DNA from: Desulfobacterales bacterium
GTDB lineage: Bacteria > Desulfobacterota > Desulfobacteria > Desulfobacterales > UBA2174
Assembly (NCBI GenBank): GCA_963668645.2
Contig: CAXXWC010000003.1
Location: forward strand, 64,001-128,000
Direction of reading: 5' to 3'
DNA: 64,000 bases
The notes below the pieces were generated by a model. The model made no database searches. It was not told where the DNA came from and was given only the letters and a program-made list of their open reading frames with translations. Shown here piece after piece: positions 1-9,007 of this stretch. A program made the position numbers and the translations under genes. Within the stretch, counting starts at the first letter, position 1. Each line of letters starts with the position of its first letter.

Positions 1-346
1 CGTTCAATCCCACCCGATGGTCGGGTCCGATGAGCAACACCTTGCCGTAGTGCCGGCCCCGGAGCAGACGGGCACCTTGCGCGGCCACAGGCCCGCTGTA
101 AACGAACCCGGCATGGGGCATGACCAGGGCCCGCAAGTGCGACTCGGGGGGAATGGACGCCTTCGGGCCGGCATCCCGGGCCATCAGGTGATCGAGCAGC
201 GCTTTGAGTTCGAGGGGATCAGCAGGGTAAAAACCGCCGGCCCACACCGCCGGTCGCATCTCATCGGCTGGAGCTGGTGCCGCTGCGCCCGAAACAAGCG
301 CCAACGCCAATACGGCGGCCAGAAGGCGTGGGGTGAACAGATCCAT
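1..346 (-). CDS. amrB: AmmeMemoRadiSam system protein B (MEMO1 family), with N-terminal signal peptide; truncated by window edge
   Basis: Not in the ORF track (no stop in window). Manual translation from ATG at 346: MDLFTPRLLAAVLALALVSGAAAPAPADEMRPAVWAGGFYPADP...ALVMPHAGFVYSGPVAA...VLLIGPDH. RPAVxAGxFYP, PHAGxxYSG and GPxH are MEMO1-family motifs. Confidence 0.85.
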   Translation of the reverse strand, partial: MDLFTPRLLAAVLALALVSGAAAPAPADEMRPAVWAGGFYPADPLELKALLDHLMARDAGPKASIPPESHLRALVMPHAGFVYSGPVAAQGARLLRGRHYGKVLLIGPDHRVGLN

Positions 347-405
347 GATGGGAAAAGGCCGCTTGCCATCCAGCGGCAACGCAACCCGCCTTTCCGGGCA
401 AGCAT

Positions 406-837
406 CTATTTTGACGATGACTTCTTTTGTCGCGGGGTGCTGAGTGGGGTCGGCTTATCGACGAACTCCACCGAGACGCTGGCCACGCCCGCGAGCTGTT
501 CGATGTTGGCCGTGGCCTCGAAAGAACCGGCCTCACCGTGGCCGAAAACCTTCTTCTGATTCACCTCCGCTTCCATCGCGTGAAGCGGTTGGTCATTACC
601 GTCGCGGTAGTAGATGATCACATACCCTCTGACCGGCGCATGGCTGCGGTTGCGGATCCGGCCGCTGACATAGATCACTCGCCCATCGGCCTGGAGTTCG
701 GCCCTCAGATCCTCCAGCTCGTAACGCGGGGCGGCGAAGGCCAGCGGCTGTTCGCTGACCTGCCCCGCCTCAACGATCAGGGCGCTAACCAGCAAAATAC
801 TCGACAATACCAGGCAAATTGCGCACCGTTGTGGCAT
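406..837 (-). CDS. Secreted FxLYD-like domain protein
   Basis: 143 aa, hydrophobic N-terminus, VSGRIRNRS...VIIYYRDGNDQPL...FGHGEAGSFEA pattern resembling FxLYD domains. Confidence 0.6.
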   Translation of the reverse strand: MPQRCAICLVLSSILLVSALIVEAGQVSEQPLAFAAPRYELEDLRAELQADGRVIYVSGRIRNRSHAPVRGYVIIYYRDGNDQPLHAMEAEVNQKKVFGHGEAGSFEATANIEQLAGVASVSVEFVDKPTPLSTPRQKKSSSK

Positions 838-910
838 GAAGTCGACTCCTCACTTCCGCTCGATGGATCTTCGTCGACGCCACCCTTTGGTTATATATAA
901 GAGTGGCATC

Positions 911-939
911 ACTATAGTGGCAACCGTCGGCAAAGTCAA
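911..939 (-). promoter_or_regulatory. Sigma-70-type promoter for the FxLYD/amrB genes
   Basis: Minus strand TTGACT (939-934), 17-bp spacer, TATAGT (916-911) in an AT-rich intergenic gap. Confidence 0.6.
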
Positions 940-961
940 AAACAATGGAATAGAGTCGATC

Positions 962-2638
962 CTAAGGCAACTTGAACGTCATCGACTCGGGAATCTGCCC
1001 GCCCGGATTGACGAATTCGGGAATCACGGCCGCCCGCTTCGGATCGCTCAGTCCGGAAAGCCAAACCGGCGGGCTGTCCCGGCCCTGGGCATCCACGTGC
1101 GCCAGAAAAAGTTCGGTGTATGGCGTATTCACCTTGGAGGTAAACACGACCCAGCGGCTGTTGGGCGACCAGCTGTGCCAGGAATTGTAAAAAGCCGTAT
1201 TGCAGCGCATCAAACGGGCCTGACCGCCGCCTGAGGCAACGATCATCAAACGGCTGTCCGGCTGGCCGACCATGCCGGTGGCGCTTTGGGTAAAGACGAT
1301 CCAGCGGCCGTCGGGGGACACGCGCGGAAAATAGTTGCTGTAGCCGTTTGCGCTGGCTCCGGCCAAGGGTTCGGGAATCCCGCCACGGCCGCCGGAAAAT
1401 GGGACCTGGTAGATGTCGAAACGGATCCGGTACTGGGTGTTCAGGGTCTGGATATCGGTTCCCGGAGCCACGGACAGCAACCGCCGGTCTCCCATTACGG
1501 CATGCAGGCGAAAATCCAGGGGCGCGCGCGCGAAAAAGACCTTGGCCCCATCCGGGCTCCACTCCGGGCTGGCCTGGACAAAGCCGGCCTCGTCTGCCCC
1601 CGCCAAGAGCGCCATCTTGCGCGTGACCCGGTCATACCAGGCAAGGCGCCCGCTGATGGGGAAAAAGAGCTGGGAAAAATCGACGTGATCCAAAATGGCC
1701 ATAAACGGCTTTTCCCCGACACTGGCCAAGGCATAGCGGCCGTCGGGGGAAAGTTTGGTAAAAAGGCCCATGTTGGGCAGGTTCCGGGTCACCTTGAGAT
1801 CGTTCCAACTGATCACGTCTTGGGCGCTCAGTTCCATCCTGGACGCCGTGGCTGCCATCAGGTAGCCGCCTTTGTCGCCGTGGTAGTCGATATCCAGGCC
1901 GAAGGTCCGCCCATCGGCTGAGAAGGCGTGGCACAGGGCGCAGGTGGGTGGATTGCTCAACACGACCCGGGCGGACTCCGGGCGGCTCAAGTCGGCCTTG
2001 AGCCAACGAAACTGGTCCACATGTTTTTGCGCATAGGCGAACGGCAGGGGAATCTGTTGAAAAAAGACCGGTGCGCCGACCGGATCGGTGGAAGTTCTGA
2101 ACTCCACCGCAGCCTTGGAAACGACCCGTGAAAGATCGCCGGCAACCCCATAAACGCTCACAGCGGCCGGAGCTTCGAGGCTCTGGGCCTTGATCCATTC
2201 CCACAATTGGGCAGGCGGCTGCCAGCGGGGCCGGCCGCAAAGCACTCGGATCTCGCGTTCGCTGCCCTGCACCCGCAACCGCACCAGCCATCGGCGTACC
2301 CCGGGCGATTCATCTTTCCAGACAAAATCCGGCGGCGCCAGGTCTCGGGGAAAAAGTGCACCCTGGACAGGATGCTGGAAGGTAATGGCGCGGGCCGGCG
2401 CCTGTTCCCCGGCCGCCCCCATGACCGCATCTATACGAGCGGCCACCTCTTGCAGGGCCCCATCCCGCCACCCCAACCCCTCTGCCTGAATGAAATGACC
2501 CGCGATAATGCCTTGGGAAACCGGAGGCGCCGCACAACCGGTCCAGCCCAACACCGCAAGCACCAGGAGCCAGAATCCGGCGGCGGCGGTAGCGCAAAAA
2601 CCTTTCCCGGCAGCACCTGGAGACAAGATTCGCTCCAT
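962..2638 (-). CDS. TolB-like PD40-repeat beta-propeller lipoprotein with a single CxxCH motif
   Basis: Lipobox-like GWTGC; repeated SPDGR / WSPDG / WSPNSRW PD40 motifs; CALCH at 1942-1928. Confidence 0.75.
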   Translation of the reverse strand: MERILSPGAAGKGFCATAAAGFWLLVLAVLGWTGCAAPPVSQGIIAGHFIQAEGLGWRDGALQEVAARIDAVMGAAGEQAPARAITFQHPVQGALFPRDLAPPDFVWKDESPGVRRWLVRLRVQGSEREIRVLCGRPRWQPPAQLWEWIKAQSLEAPAAVSVYGVAGDLSRVVSKAAVEFRTSTDPVGAPVFFQQIPLPFAYAQKHVDQFRWLKADLSRPESARVVLSNPPTCALCHAFSADGRTFGLDIDYHGDKGGYLMAATASRMELSAQDVISWNDLKVTRNLPNMGLFTKLSPDGRYALASVGEKPFMAILDHVDFSQLFFPISGRLAWYDRVTRKMALLAGADEAGFVQASPEWSPDGAKVFFARAPLDFRLHAVMGDRRLLSVAPGTDIQTLNTQYRIRFDIYQVPFSGGRGGIPEPLAGASANGYSNYFPRVSPDGRWIVFTQSATGMVGQPDSRLMIVASGGGQARLMRCNTAFYNSWHSWSPNSRWVVFTSKVNTPYTELFLAHVDAQGRDSPPVWLSGLSDPKRAAVIPEFVNPGGQIPESMTFKLP

Positions 2639-3762
2639 CAGTTCAAGTGGCAGTCGACCCGTTGCGGGGCAAAATCGGTGACATCCATGCGCCGGGTGCC
2701 GACGGTGATTCCGTCAAGGGCCATCGCCAGTTCTTCACTGGTTCCCTTGAAGCGCAGATCGAAGGCTAAAATTCCTCCGGCCTTGTTCCATCCTTCCTTG
2801 GTGCTGCTGGTCACCTGTTCGAGGCTTTCGATGCGCTGGCTCACCGCCTTGAAATCGGCAAAAGATTTCACGCCGGTAATCTGGAGCTTGACCGGGAGGC
2901 CGTTGTTGAGAAAATTCTGGAACGAATCGGTAATGGCGTTGACCAGATAGTCCTCGCCGGCCCTCTGGGCGGCTTTCTGGAAGGCGTTGGTGGCCCCGGT
3001 CAGGGGGCTGATATGGGCTGCGACGGTATTTTTCACCACCGACCCGATTACTGCCGCCGTCTGGGTCTGGATTACCCGAAGCTGTAAACTGGCCTGGATC
3101 GATCGGAGCCCGGTGCCGGCCACCGCCTCGCCCGCATCCTGGGCCACCGCCTTGCCGACCACCACGTACTGGGCCCCGAAATTGGCGCCAAGGGCCGCGG
3201 CGGCCCCGTCGTTGCCCGCCAGGGCCTGGCGCGCCTGATCCTTGGCCAGCACCTTTTGCAGCTGGGCCTCGTCCACCAGTTCGAAGCCCTTGGCCCTGAG
3301 CAGGGAACTCATCTCGGTGGCGGCGATCCCCATGCCGAGGTGGTCCATGTTCTTGTAGTCCTCCTCGATCAGCACCAGAAGTTTGGGGCGCTCCATGGCT
3401 TCAAGGAGCACCTTCATGGCGATCAAGTCGTCCTTGATCTTGTCCAGCGACACCCGGGCCCGGATTTTGACCTCGAAGACATCCCCGGCCTTGCGGTCCA
3501 CCAACAGGTCATAACCGCGCACATATCCCTCGGTGTGGGAAAAAACCCGGTCTTTGACCAAGGCAAAGTTCTTCACCTCGGTTTCCGATTTCACATATAC
3601 CCCGACCCCTTCCTCCACGGCCGCCCGCATGGCCTGGCGAATCGCATCGGAGCGCGACACGCTGCTCATCCCCTCGGTGGTGACGACCTTTTCCTCGGCC
3701 CCGGCGGCTCCCGCAAAAAGCAAAAAAACCGCCAGCATCCCTAAAGCGAAGGCTCCTTTCAT
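2638..3762 (-). CDS. Secreted FlgT N-terminal-domain protein
   Basis: Signal peptide (AAGA|EE); DAIRQAMRAAVEEGVGVYVKSETEVKNF...EGYV pattern typical of FlgT_N; stop overlaps next start. Confidence 0.65.
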   Translation of the reverse strand: MKGAFALGMLAVFLLFAGAAGAEEKVVTTEGMSSVSRSDAIRQAMRAAVEEGVGVYVKSETEVKNFALVKDRVFSHTEGYVRGYDLLVDRKAGDVFEVKIRARVSLDKIKDDLIAMKVLLEAMERPKLLVLIEEDYKNMDHLGMGIAATEMSSLLRAKGFELVDEAQLQKVLAKDQARQALAGNDGAAAALGANFGAQYVVVGKAVAQDAGEAVAGTGLRSIQASLQLRVIQTQTAAVIGSVVKNTVAAHISPLTGATNAFQKAAQRAGEDYLVNAITDSFQNFLNNGLPVKLQITGVKSFADFKAVSQRIESLEQVTSSTKEGWNKAGGILAFDLRFKGTSEELAMALDGITVGTRRMDVTDFAPQRVDCHLN

Positions 3763-3766
3763 GACC

Positions 3767-4507
3767 TCACAGCCCTTTCACGTTGGCCACCTGCTTCTGG
3801 TAGTTGGAATCCAGGGCCACGGCCCGGTCGAAAAGCCGGCGCGCCTCGGCCTTGTCACCGTGATCCAGGGCGTCCAGCCCCTGGGAAAAATAGAGTGCCG
3901 CACTGATATCGCTGCCGGTACCGGCCGCCGGCGGCTGGAGGGTAATGCGCAGGCTGCGGCCGATGCGCCGCGCCAAATCTTGTTGCAGGCCGATAAACTC
4001 GTTGCTGCGGCCGGCGATGGATTCGGCCATGAGCATCTCGCTGGTCTCGACCTTGACGATGCGAACGTCGATGCGCACCTGATCCATCAAGACCATAAAA
4101 GAGCCGAAAGCGATGGTTTGAGCGCCGAGAATCCTTCCCACCCGCACGGCGGTCTCCTTGTCCACGCTGCCGCTCTGGCCCAGGGCCACTTCCTTGAGCA
4201 GGGCCTGGATCTTTTCGCGTTCGATGATCTTGACCGTGGTGCCGCTCTTTTGCAGATCGGTGATCAGCATAGCCGCCAGCCCCCGGGTCAGCGGCTCGTA
4301 ACGCGCGGCGTCGGTGACCGAATTGTTTTCAAAGGGCAAGATCGCCAGGGTTTTGGGAATCTCGTCGATCACCGGCCCCGAGGTCACTTCCTGCGGCCCT
4401 TGAGCGACGGGCGGCGCCACACAGGCTGCCAGGAACGCCGCGGCGGCGAGCATCACCGTCCCCAAAAATCTGGCGCGAGTCTTGATCATGGAACAAGGGT
4501 AAACCAT
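3767..4507 (-). CDS. CsgG/HfaB-like lipoprotein with C-terminal TPR
   Basis: Lipobox FLAAC; LAILPFENN...IIEREKIQALLKE...AVRVGRILGAQ...RIVKVETSE CsgG-like pattern; C-terminal TPR-like helix pair. Confidence 0.7.
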   Translation of the reverse strand: MVYPCSMIKTRARFLGTVMLAAAAFLAACVAPPVAQGPQEVTSGPVIDEIPKTLAILPFENNSVTDAARYEPLTRGLAAMLITDLQKSGTTVKIIEREKIQALLKEVALGQSGSVDKETAVRVGRILGAQTIAFGSFMVLMDQVRIDVRIVKVETSEMLMAESIAGRSNEFIGLQQDLARRIGRSLRITLQPPAAGTGSDISAALYFSQGLDALDHGDKAEARRLFDRAVALDSNYQKQVANVKGL

Positions 4508-4581
4508 TTCCTCATTTCCTCCGCAGTGAAGGGAATCACAGAATATCCGTGCACTCGATGAATGGCGCCGCTCATGTCCCT

Positions 4582-5814
4582 TTAGTAGCCACCGCCGCCG
4601 CCACCGCTAACAGCGGCATCCGCCGCATCGGCCGCGGCCTGCGCCGCTTCGGCCTGGCCAATGGCCGCTTCGAAATGGGCGATCAACTGGGTCATGGGCA
4701 TGGCGGCCAGTGCGGCGGGCGCCGGGGCATCGTTGCCCGGGGTCGCATCGAGCCCCCGGCGGGCCAACTCGAATTCCGGATCCTCCTCCAGCGCCTGGAA
4801 GAAGAGGTTGCGGGCGCTTTCGTAGCGGCCTGCATCAAGGGCTTCCAGGGCCTGGCCGTAGTAGGTGAACGCCTTGAAGTTTTTGGTATGGGCAACGCCG
4901 ATGGCAGCGACTTCCGCAGGACTCAACACGATCCCGGCGATGTCAGCCATCGCCTTGATCAAACCGGCGGGAAGCGCATAAAACGCTTCGGTAGGCACCG
5001 ACATCTGGGTTGAGCCGACCACCGCGGCCCGGGCCGTTGATGTCAGGCTCATGGCCGTCTGGATGCTGCCGCCGGCCAAGGAGCCGACCATCAGTTTTTC
5101 CGCACCCAACAATCGGCCCACCCGCGGCGCACTCTTGGCATCTATGATCCCGGTCTGTCCCAGCCGCATTTCAGACAAAAGCGCCTGGAGGCGCAAGCGT
5201 TCGATCACCTTGAAATATTTCACCTTGCCCAGGTCCGCAGTCACCATGGCGGCCAGGCCTTTTTGAAAAGCCGCCAAACGCCTGTCCGGGGTCAGGTCGT
5301 CGAAATAGCAAACCGCCACGGTATTCGGCGCTGCGGGGAGCGTTCCGAGGGCCGCTTCCTGAGCCAAAGCTGCTTGGGCCATCTTGTGGCCGTGGGCGAT
5401 CTGGACCAGGGTCAACTGGCGCCGGATTTCAGCCTGCACCAAGGGCTTGCCCGGATTGGTGTAGCCCTGCCAGACCTCGATGGCCCTGCCGACCTGGTCC
5501 TTGGCGGCATAGGCCATGCCCAGATACAGGGTCGCCAGCGGTTCCCCAGGATTTGAGGCAAGAGCCTTCTCGAACTCGGCGATGGCCGGATCGATCTGCC
5601 CGGTCTTGTAAAGCGCAAAACCGAGCTTGGCCCTGGCAACACAGTCGCCCGGATTGGCGCTCAAGGCCTCCTGAAAAAGCGCAATCGCTTCGGGATACTG
5701 CTGATTCTGCAACCGTAAATCACCCTGGACCATTTGAAGCTGCCCGGCGCAACCGGTGATCAGCAACAAAACCGTCACCCCGCAACACCGAAGTATCCAC
5801 CCTCGTTTGTTCAT
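4582..5814 (-). CDS. TPR + CsgG-like domain lipoprotein
   Basis: ATG at 5814 preceded by AGGAGG; lipobox ITGC; about three N-terminal TPRs; VIERLRLQALLSE...VGRLLGAE CsgG-like domain; ends in an Ala-rich, GGGGGGY tail. Confidence 0.7.
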   Translation of the reverse strand: MNKRGWILRCCGVTVLLLITGCAGQLQMVQGDLRLQNQQYPEAIALFQEALSANPGDCVARAKLGFALYKTGQIDPAIAEFEKALASNPGEPLATLYLGMAYAAKDQVGRAIEVWQGYTNPGKPLVQAEIRRQLTLVQIAHGHKMAQAALAQEAALGTLPAAPNTVAVCYFDDLTPDRRLAAFQKGLAAMVTADLGKVKYFKVIERLRLQALLSEMRLGQTGIIDAKSAPRVGRLLGAEKLMVGSLAGGSIQTAMSLTSTARAAVVGSTQMSVPTEAFYALPAGLIKAMADIAGIVLSPAEVAAIGVAHTKNFKAFTYYGQALEALDAGRYESARNLFFQALEEDPEFELARRGLDATPGNDAPAPAALAAMPMTQLIAHFEAAIGQAEAAQAAADAADAAVSGGGGGGY

Positions 5815-5845
5815 TCCAAGTATCCTCCTGAAATCAAGGTTCATA

Positions 5846-5882
5846 CCACCGCGGCACGGGCAAACGATCCGTGCCGCGGTGG
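5846..5882. promoter_or_regulatory. Perfect 14-bp inverted repeat just upstream of the lipoprotein operon
   Basis: CCACCGCGGCACGG-N9-CCGTGCCGCGGTGG; no U-tract, so role (RNA stability, processing or operator) is unknown. Confidence 0.5.
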
Positions 5883-6155
5883 CTTGGTGATGAAGACCGA
5901 TAGTTGTGCCACTCAGCCAGTGTCAAGGTACAATGGTCTGGATTGATTGGCAAGAAACTTTAAGTGGAACTAACCGCCCGCGGATAAGGCTTTCCGCAAC
6001 CAAACCGCGCCCGAACAGGGCGTGCGCCAGGCCCATGCAAAAGGGTCAGGAACTCAATCGTCTCATTCGTGGCAAAGGGCACCGGCGGCGCCCGAGTCGG
6101 GGTCTGGCGAAATTCTGGAACGGGCAGGCTTTCACCGGCCCGGGGGCAGTTCGGG

Positions 6156-6356
6156 TCAGGGCTTGAACGCGCCGGCCGGGGTTCGGGCGGAAGAATTGAA
6201 CAAAAAACGGTGGCGCAGCGCCAACAGTCGATCCAGGACCCGGTTGCGGGCTTCGAGGCTTAAGACGCAGATTCCCTCGTCGGGGCGCAAGGATTGGGGC
6301 TCCACAAGAAGATCGATCATATCGAAAAACAGTTTTTCCGGAATCTGAACTTCCAA
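6156..6356 (-). CDS. Small hypothetical protein (66 aa)
   Basis: TTG start preceded by strong GGAGGT; fills an otherwise empty intergenic gap. Confidence 0.5.
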   Translation of the reverse strand: MEVQIPEKLFFDMIDLLVEPQSLRPDEGICVLSLEARNRVLDRLLALRHRFLFNSSARTPAGAFKP

Positions 6357-6557
6357 TTGAACACCTCCCGGGTATGGTATTTTCCCTCTTCGGCCCTTGG
6401 GGTTCTCCGGGCATCCGTTAAATAAGGCATCAAGTTTGAAAGCCGCCCCAGGAACACCTTAAAAGAAAAGTACGATAAACGAAAGGCCAAGGTGGTGTCA
6501 ATCCATATTTAAATGTACCCTAAGGGTGTGCCGAGGACCGGATCAGGGCAAACAAAA

Positions 6558-6604
6558 ACCCAGTGTATGGGGGTAAATTTCAATTGACATACTAGATGTA
6601 GTGT
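6558..6604 (+). promoter_or_regulatory. Tandem NrdR boxes overlapping the nrdJ promoter
   Basis: ACCCAGTGTATGGGGG (6558-6573) and ATACTAGATGTAGTGT (6589-6604), 31 bp apart, resembling acaCwAtATaTwGtgt; TTGACA at 6584-6589. Confidence 0.7.
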
Positions 6605-6690
6605 GGCGTACTGGTTTATCCGTTTTGGACCGGATCCGTTTGATCCCGTTGTGCAACACTGCTGCCCGCCCCGGTGATGGGAGTACCGCC

Positions 6691-8994
6691 ATGTCTGAAC
6701 ACGCAACTGATCAACCCGTTGAATCCCGTCAACCTTCCGATCATCCCCGAAAATTGCCGCATCCTTCTGAAAAGCCGCATTCTGCGGAACAGGAGATGGA
6801 ATTGTCGGCAAACGCCAAGGCGGTGCTGATCCGCCGCTACCTGCGTAAAGACGACGAGAACCAGCCCCTGGAAACTCCGGCTGACATGTTCCGCAGGGTG
6901 GCACGGCATATCGCCCAGGCCGAAATCCCTTTCGGTGGAGAGGCGGCTGCACACCGGATGGAAGAGCGGTTTTACGCGCTGATGACCGAACTGAAGTTTC
7001 TGCCCAACTCGCCAACCCTGATGAACGCCGGCCGCCGCTTGGGCCAGTTGGCGGCCTGCTTCGTCCTACCGGTTGAAGACAGCCTCGATGGGATCTTTGA
7101 AACCCTCAGACATGCGGCCATCATTCACAAGACCGGCGGCGGAACCGGCTTTTCCTTTTCGCGCCTGCGGCCGAAAAACAGCAAGGTCGGCACCACCGGC
7201 GGGATCGCCTCGGGGCCGGTTTCGTTCATGAAAATCTTCAACACGGCCACCGAACAGGTCAAGCAGGGCGGAACCCGGCGGGGGGCCAACATGGCCATCC
7301 TGAGCGTCGATCACCCGGATATCATGGAGTTCATCCACTGCAAGCGCGACAACGGGTCCTTGAACAATTTCAACATCTCCGTGGCGGTAAGCGACGCTTT
7401 CATGGCCGCCGTGCAAAACGACACCCCTTACGATCTGATCGATCCGCGCGACGGGCAGCCCAAAGGAGAGCTTCGGGCTGCGGAAGTCTATGCGGCTCTG
7501 GTGAACCAGGCCTGGGAAAACGGCGATCCGGGGGTCGTTTTCATCGACCGCATCAACCGTGACAACCCGACTCCCGAACTCGGCGTTATCGAAAGCACCA
7601 ACCCCTGCGGTGAGCAGCCCCTGCTGCCCATGGAAGCCTGCAATCTCGGGTCGATCAACCTGACCCGCTTCGTTATCAACACCGATCAGGGGCCGGCCAT
7701 CGATTATCCAGCCCTGGGGGAGACCACCCGCCTGGCGGTCCGTTTTCTCGACGATACCATCGACATGTCACGCTACCCGCTGGCCGAAATCGAACGCACG
7801 GTCAAGGGCAATCGCAAGATCGGCCTGGGGGTCATGGGTTTTGCCGACCTGCTCTTCATGCTCAAAATCCCCTATCACAGCAAGGAAGCGCTTGACTGCG
7901 CCGAGACCGTAATGCATTTCATCCAGGAAACATCCCGGGAGGCCTCACGCGAACTGGCCGCCCAACGCGGCGTCTTTCCCAACTACGACCGCAGCATCTT
8001 CAAGGACCGGCCTGAATGCGCCTTTCGCAACGCCGCCACCACCACCATCGCTCCCACCGGCACCTTGAGCATCATCGCCAACTGCTCCAGTGGGATCGAA
8101 CCCCTTTTTGCGTTGAGCTTCGTGCGCCGGGTGATGGACGACGACCGGCTGCTGGAAGTCAATCCGCATTTCGAAGCCGAAGCCCGCAAATTCGGATTCT
8201 ACAGCCCGGAGCTGATGCAGCAGGTGGCCCGGGCCGGGAGTATCGCCGATTTGGCTGAAATTCCCGAGACGGTGCGCCGGGTCTTTGTCACGGCCCACGA
8301 CATCCCGCCCGAATGGCACGTACGCATGCAGGCCGCCTTCCAAAAACACACCGACAACGCCGTCTCCAAGACTGTCAACCTGCCCCGGGAAGCCACGGCG
8401 GACACGGTACGTCAGGTCTACGATCTCGCCTTTTCCCTGGGCTGCAAAGGGGTGACCATTTACCGCGACGGCAGCAAACAAAACCAGGTGCTTTCCCTGG
8501 CCCCGGTGGCCCGACAAAGCTCCGGATTTTTTGCCCTGGTCAAAAGCCGTCCCGAGACCCTGGAAGGCTTTACCACCAAGATGGCCACCGGCCTGGGCCA
8601 GCTCTATGTCACGGTGACCGAAAGCAACGGCCGTCCCTTCGAGGTCTTCGCCACCATCGGCAAGTCCGGCCGCAGCACCACGGCCAAGACCGAAGCCATC
8701 GGCCGGCTGGTGTCTCTGGCGCTGCGCTCGGGGGTAACGGTGGACAAGGTAGTGGATCAGCTCAAGGGAATCGGCGGCGAGCATCCCATCTTCCAGGAGG
8801 GGGGGCTGGTGCTCTCGATCCCGGACGCCATTGCCCGGGTACTGGAAAAGCGATATCTTACCGACCGGCGCATCCGCAGGCCCAACGGTACACCATCCCT
8901 CATGGGGGAAACCTGTCCGGATTGCGGCCAGACCATCAGTTTCGAGGAAGGATGCATGACCTGCCACTTCTGCGGTTTTTCCAAGTGCGGCTGA
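6691..8994 (+). CDS. nrdJ: Vitamin B12-dependent (class II) ribonucleotide reductase with C-terminal TSCPD/Zn-ribbon region
   Basis: PNSPTLMNAG, ACF, GGGTG, RRGANM, TNPCGEQ, TIAPTGT, KGVTIYRDG and C-terminal CPDC...CHFCGFSKCG; no beta-subunit gene nearby. Alternative start at 6796. Confidence 0.93.
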   Translation: MSEHATDQPVESRQPSDHPRKLPHPSEKPHSAEQEMELSANAKAVLIRRYLRKDDENQPLETPADMFRRVARHIAQAEIPFGGEAAAHRMEERFYALMTELKFLPNSPTLMNAGRRLGQLAACFVLPVEDSLDGIFETLRHAAIIHKTGGGTGFSFSRLRPKNSKVGTTGGIASGPVSFMKIFNTATEQVKQGGTRRGANMAILSVDHPDIMEFIHCKRDNGSLNNFNISVAVSDAFMAAVQNDTPYDLIDPRDGQPKGELRAAEVYAALVNQAWENGDPGVVFIDRINRDNPTPELGVIESTNPCGEQPLLPMEACNLGSINLTRFVINTDQGPAIDYPALGETTRLAVRFLDDTIDMSRYPLAEIERTVKGNRKIGLGVMGFADLLFMLKIPYHSKEALDCAETVMHFIQETSREASRELAAQRGVFPNYDRSIFKDRPECAFRNAATTTIAPTGTLSIIANCSSGIEPLFALSFVRRVMDDDRLLEVNPHFEAEARKFGFYSPELMQQVARAGSIADLAEIPETVRRVFVTAHDIPPEWHVRMQAAFQKHTDNAVSKTVNLPREATADTVRQVYDLAFSLGCKGVTIYRDGSKQNQVLSLAPVARQSSGFFALVKSRPETLEGFTTKMATGLGQLYVTVTESNGRPFEVFATIGKSGRSTTAKTEAIGRLVSLALRSGVTVDKVVDQLKGIGGEHPIFQEGGLVLSIPDAIARVLEKRYLTDRRIRRPNGTPSLMGETCPDCGQTISFEEGCMTCHFCGFSKCG

Positions 8995-9007
8995 CCTGAG
9001 GCGATCC

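Noticed and set aside
17..559. 180-aa plus-strand ORF and overlapping short ORFs
   Set aside because: Antisense shadows of amrB and the FxLYD gene; no recognisable motifs.
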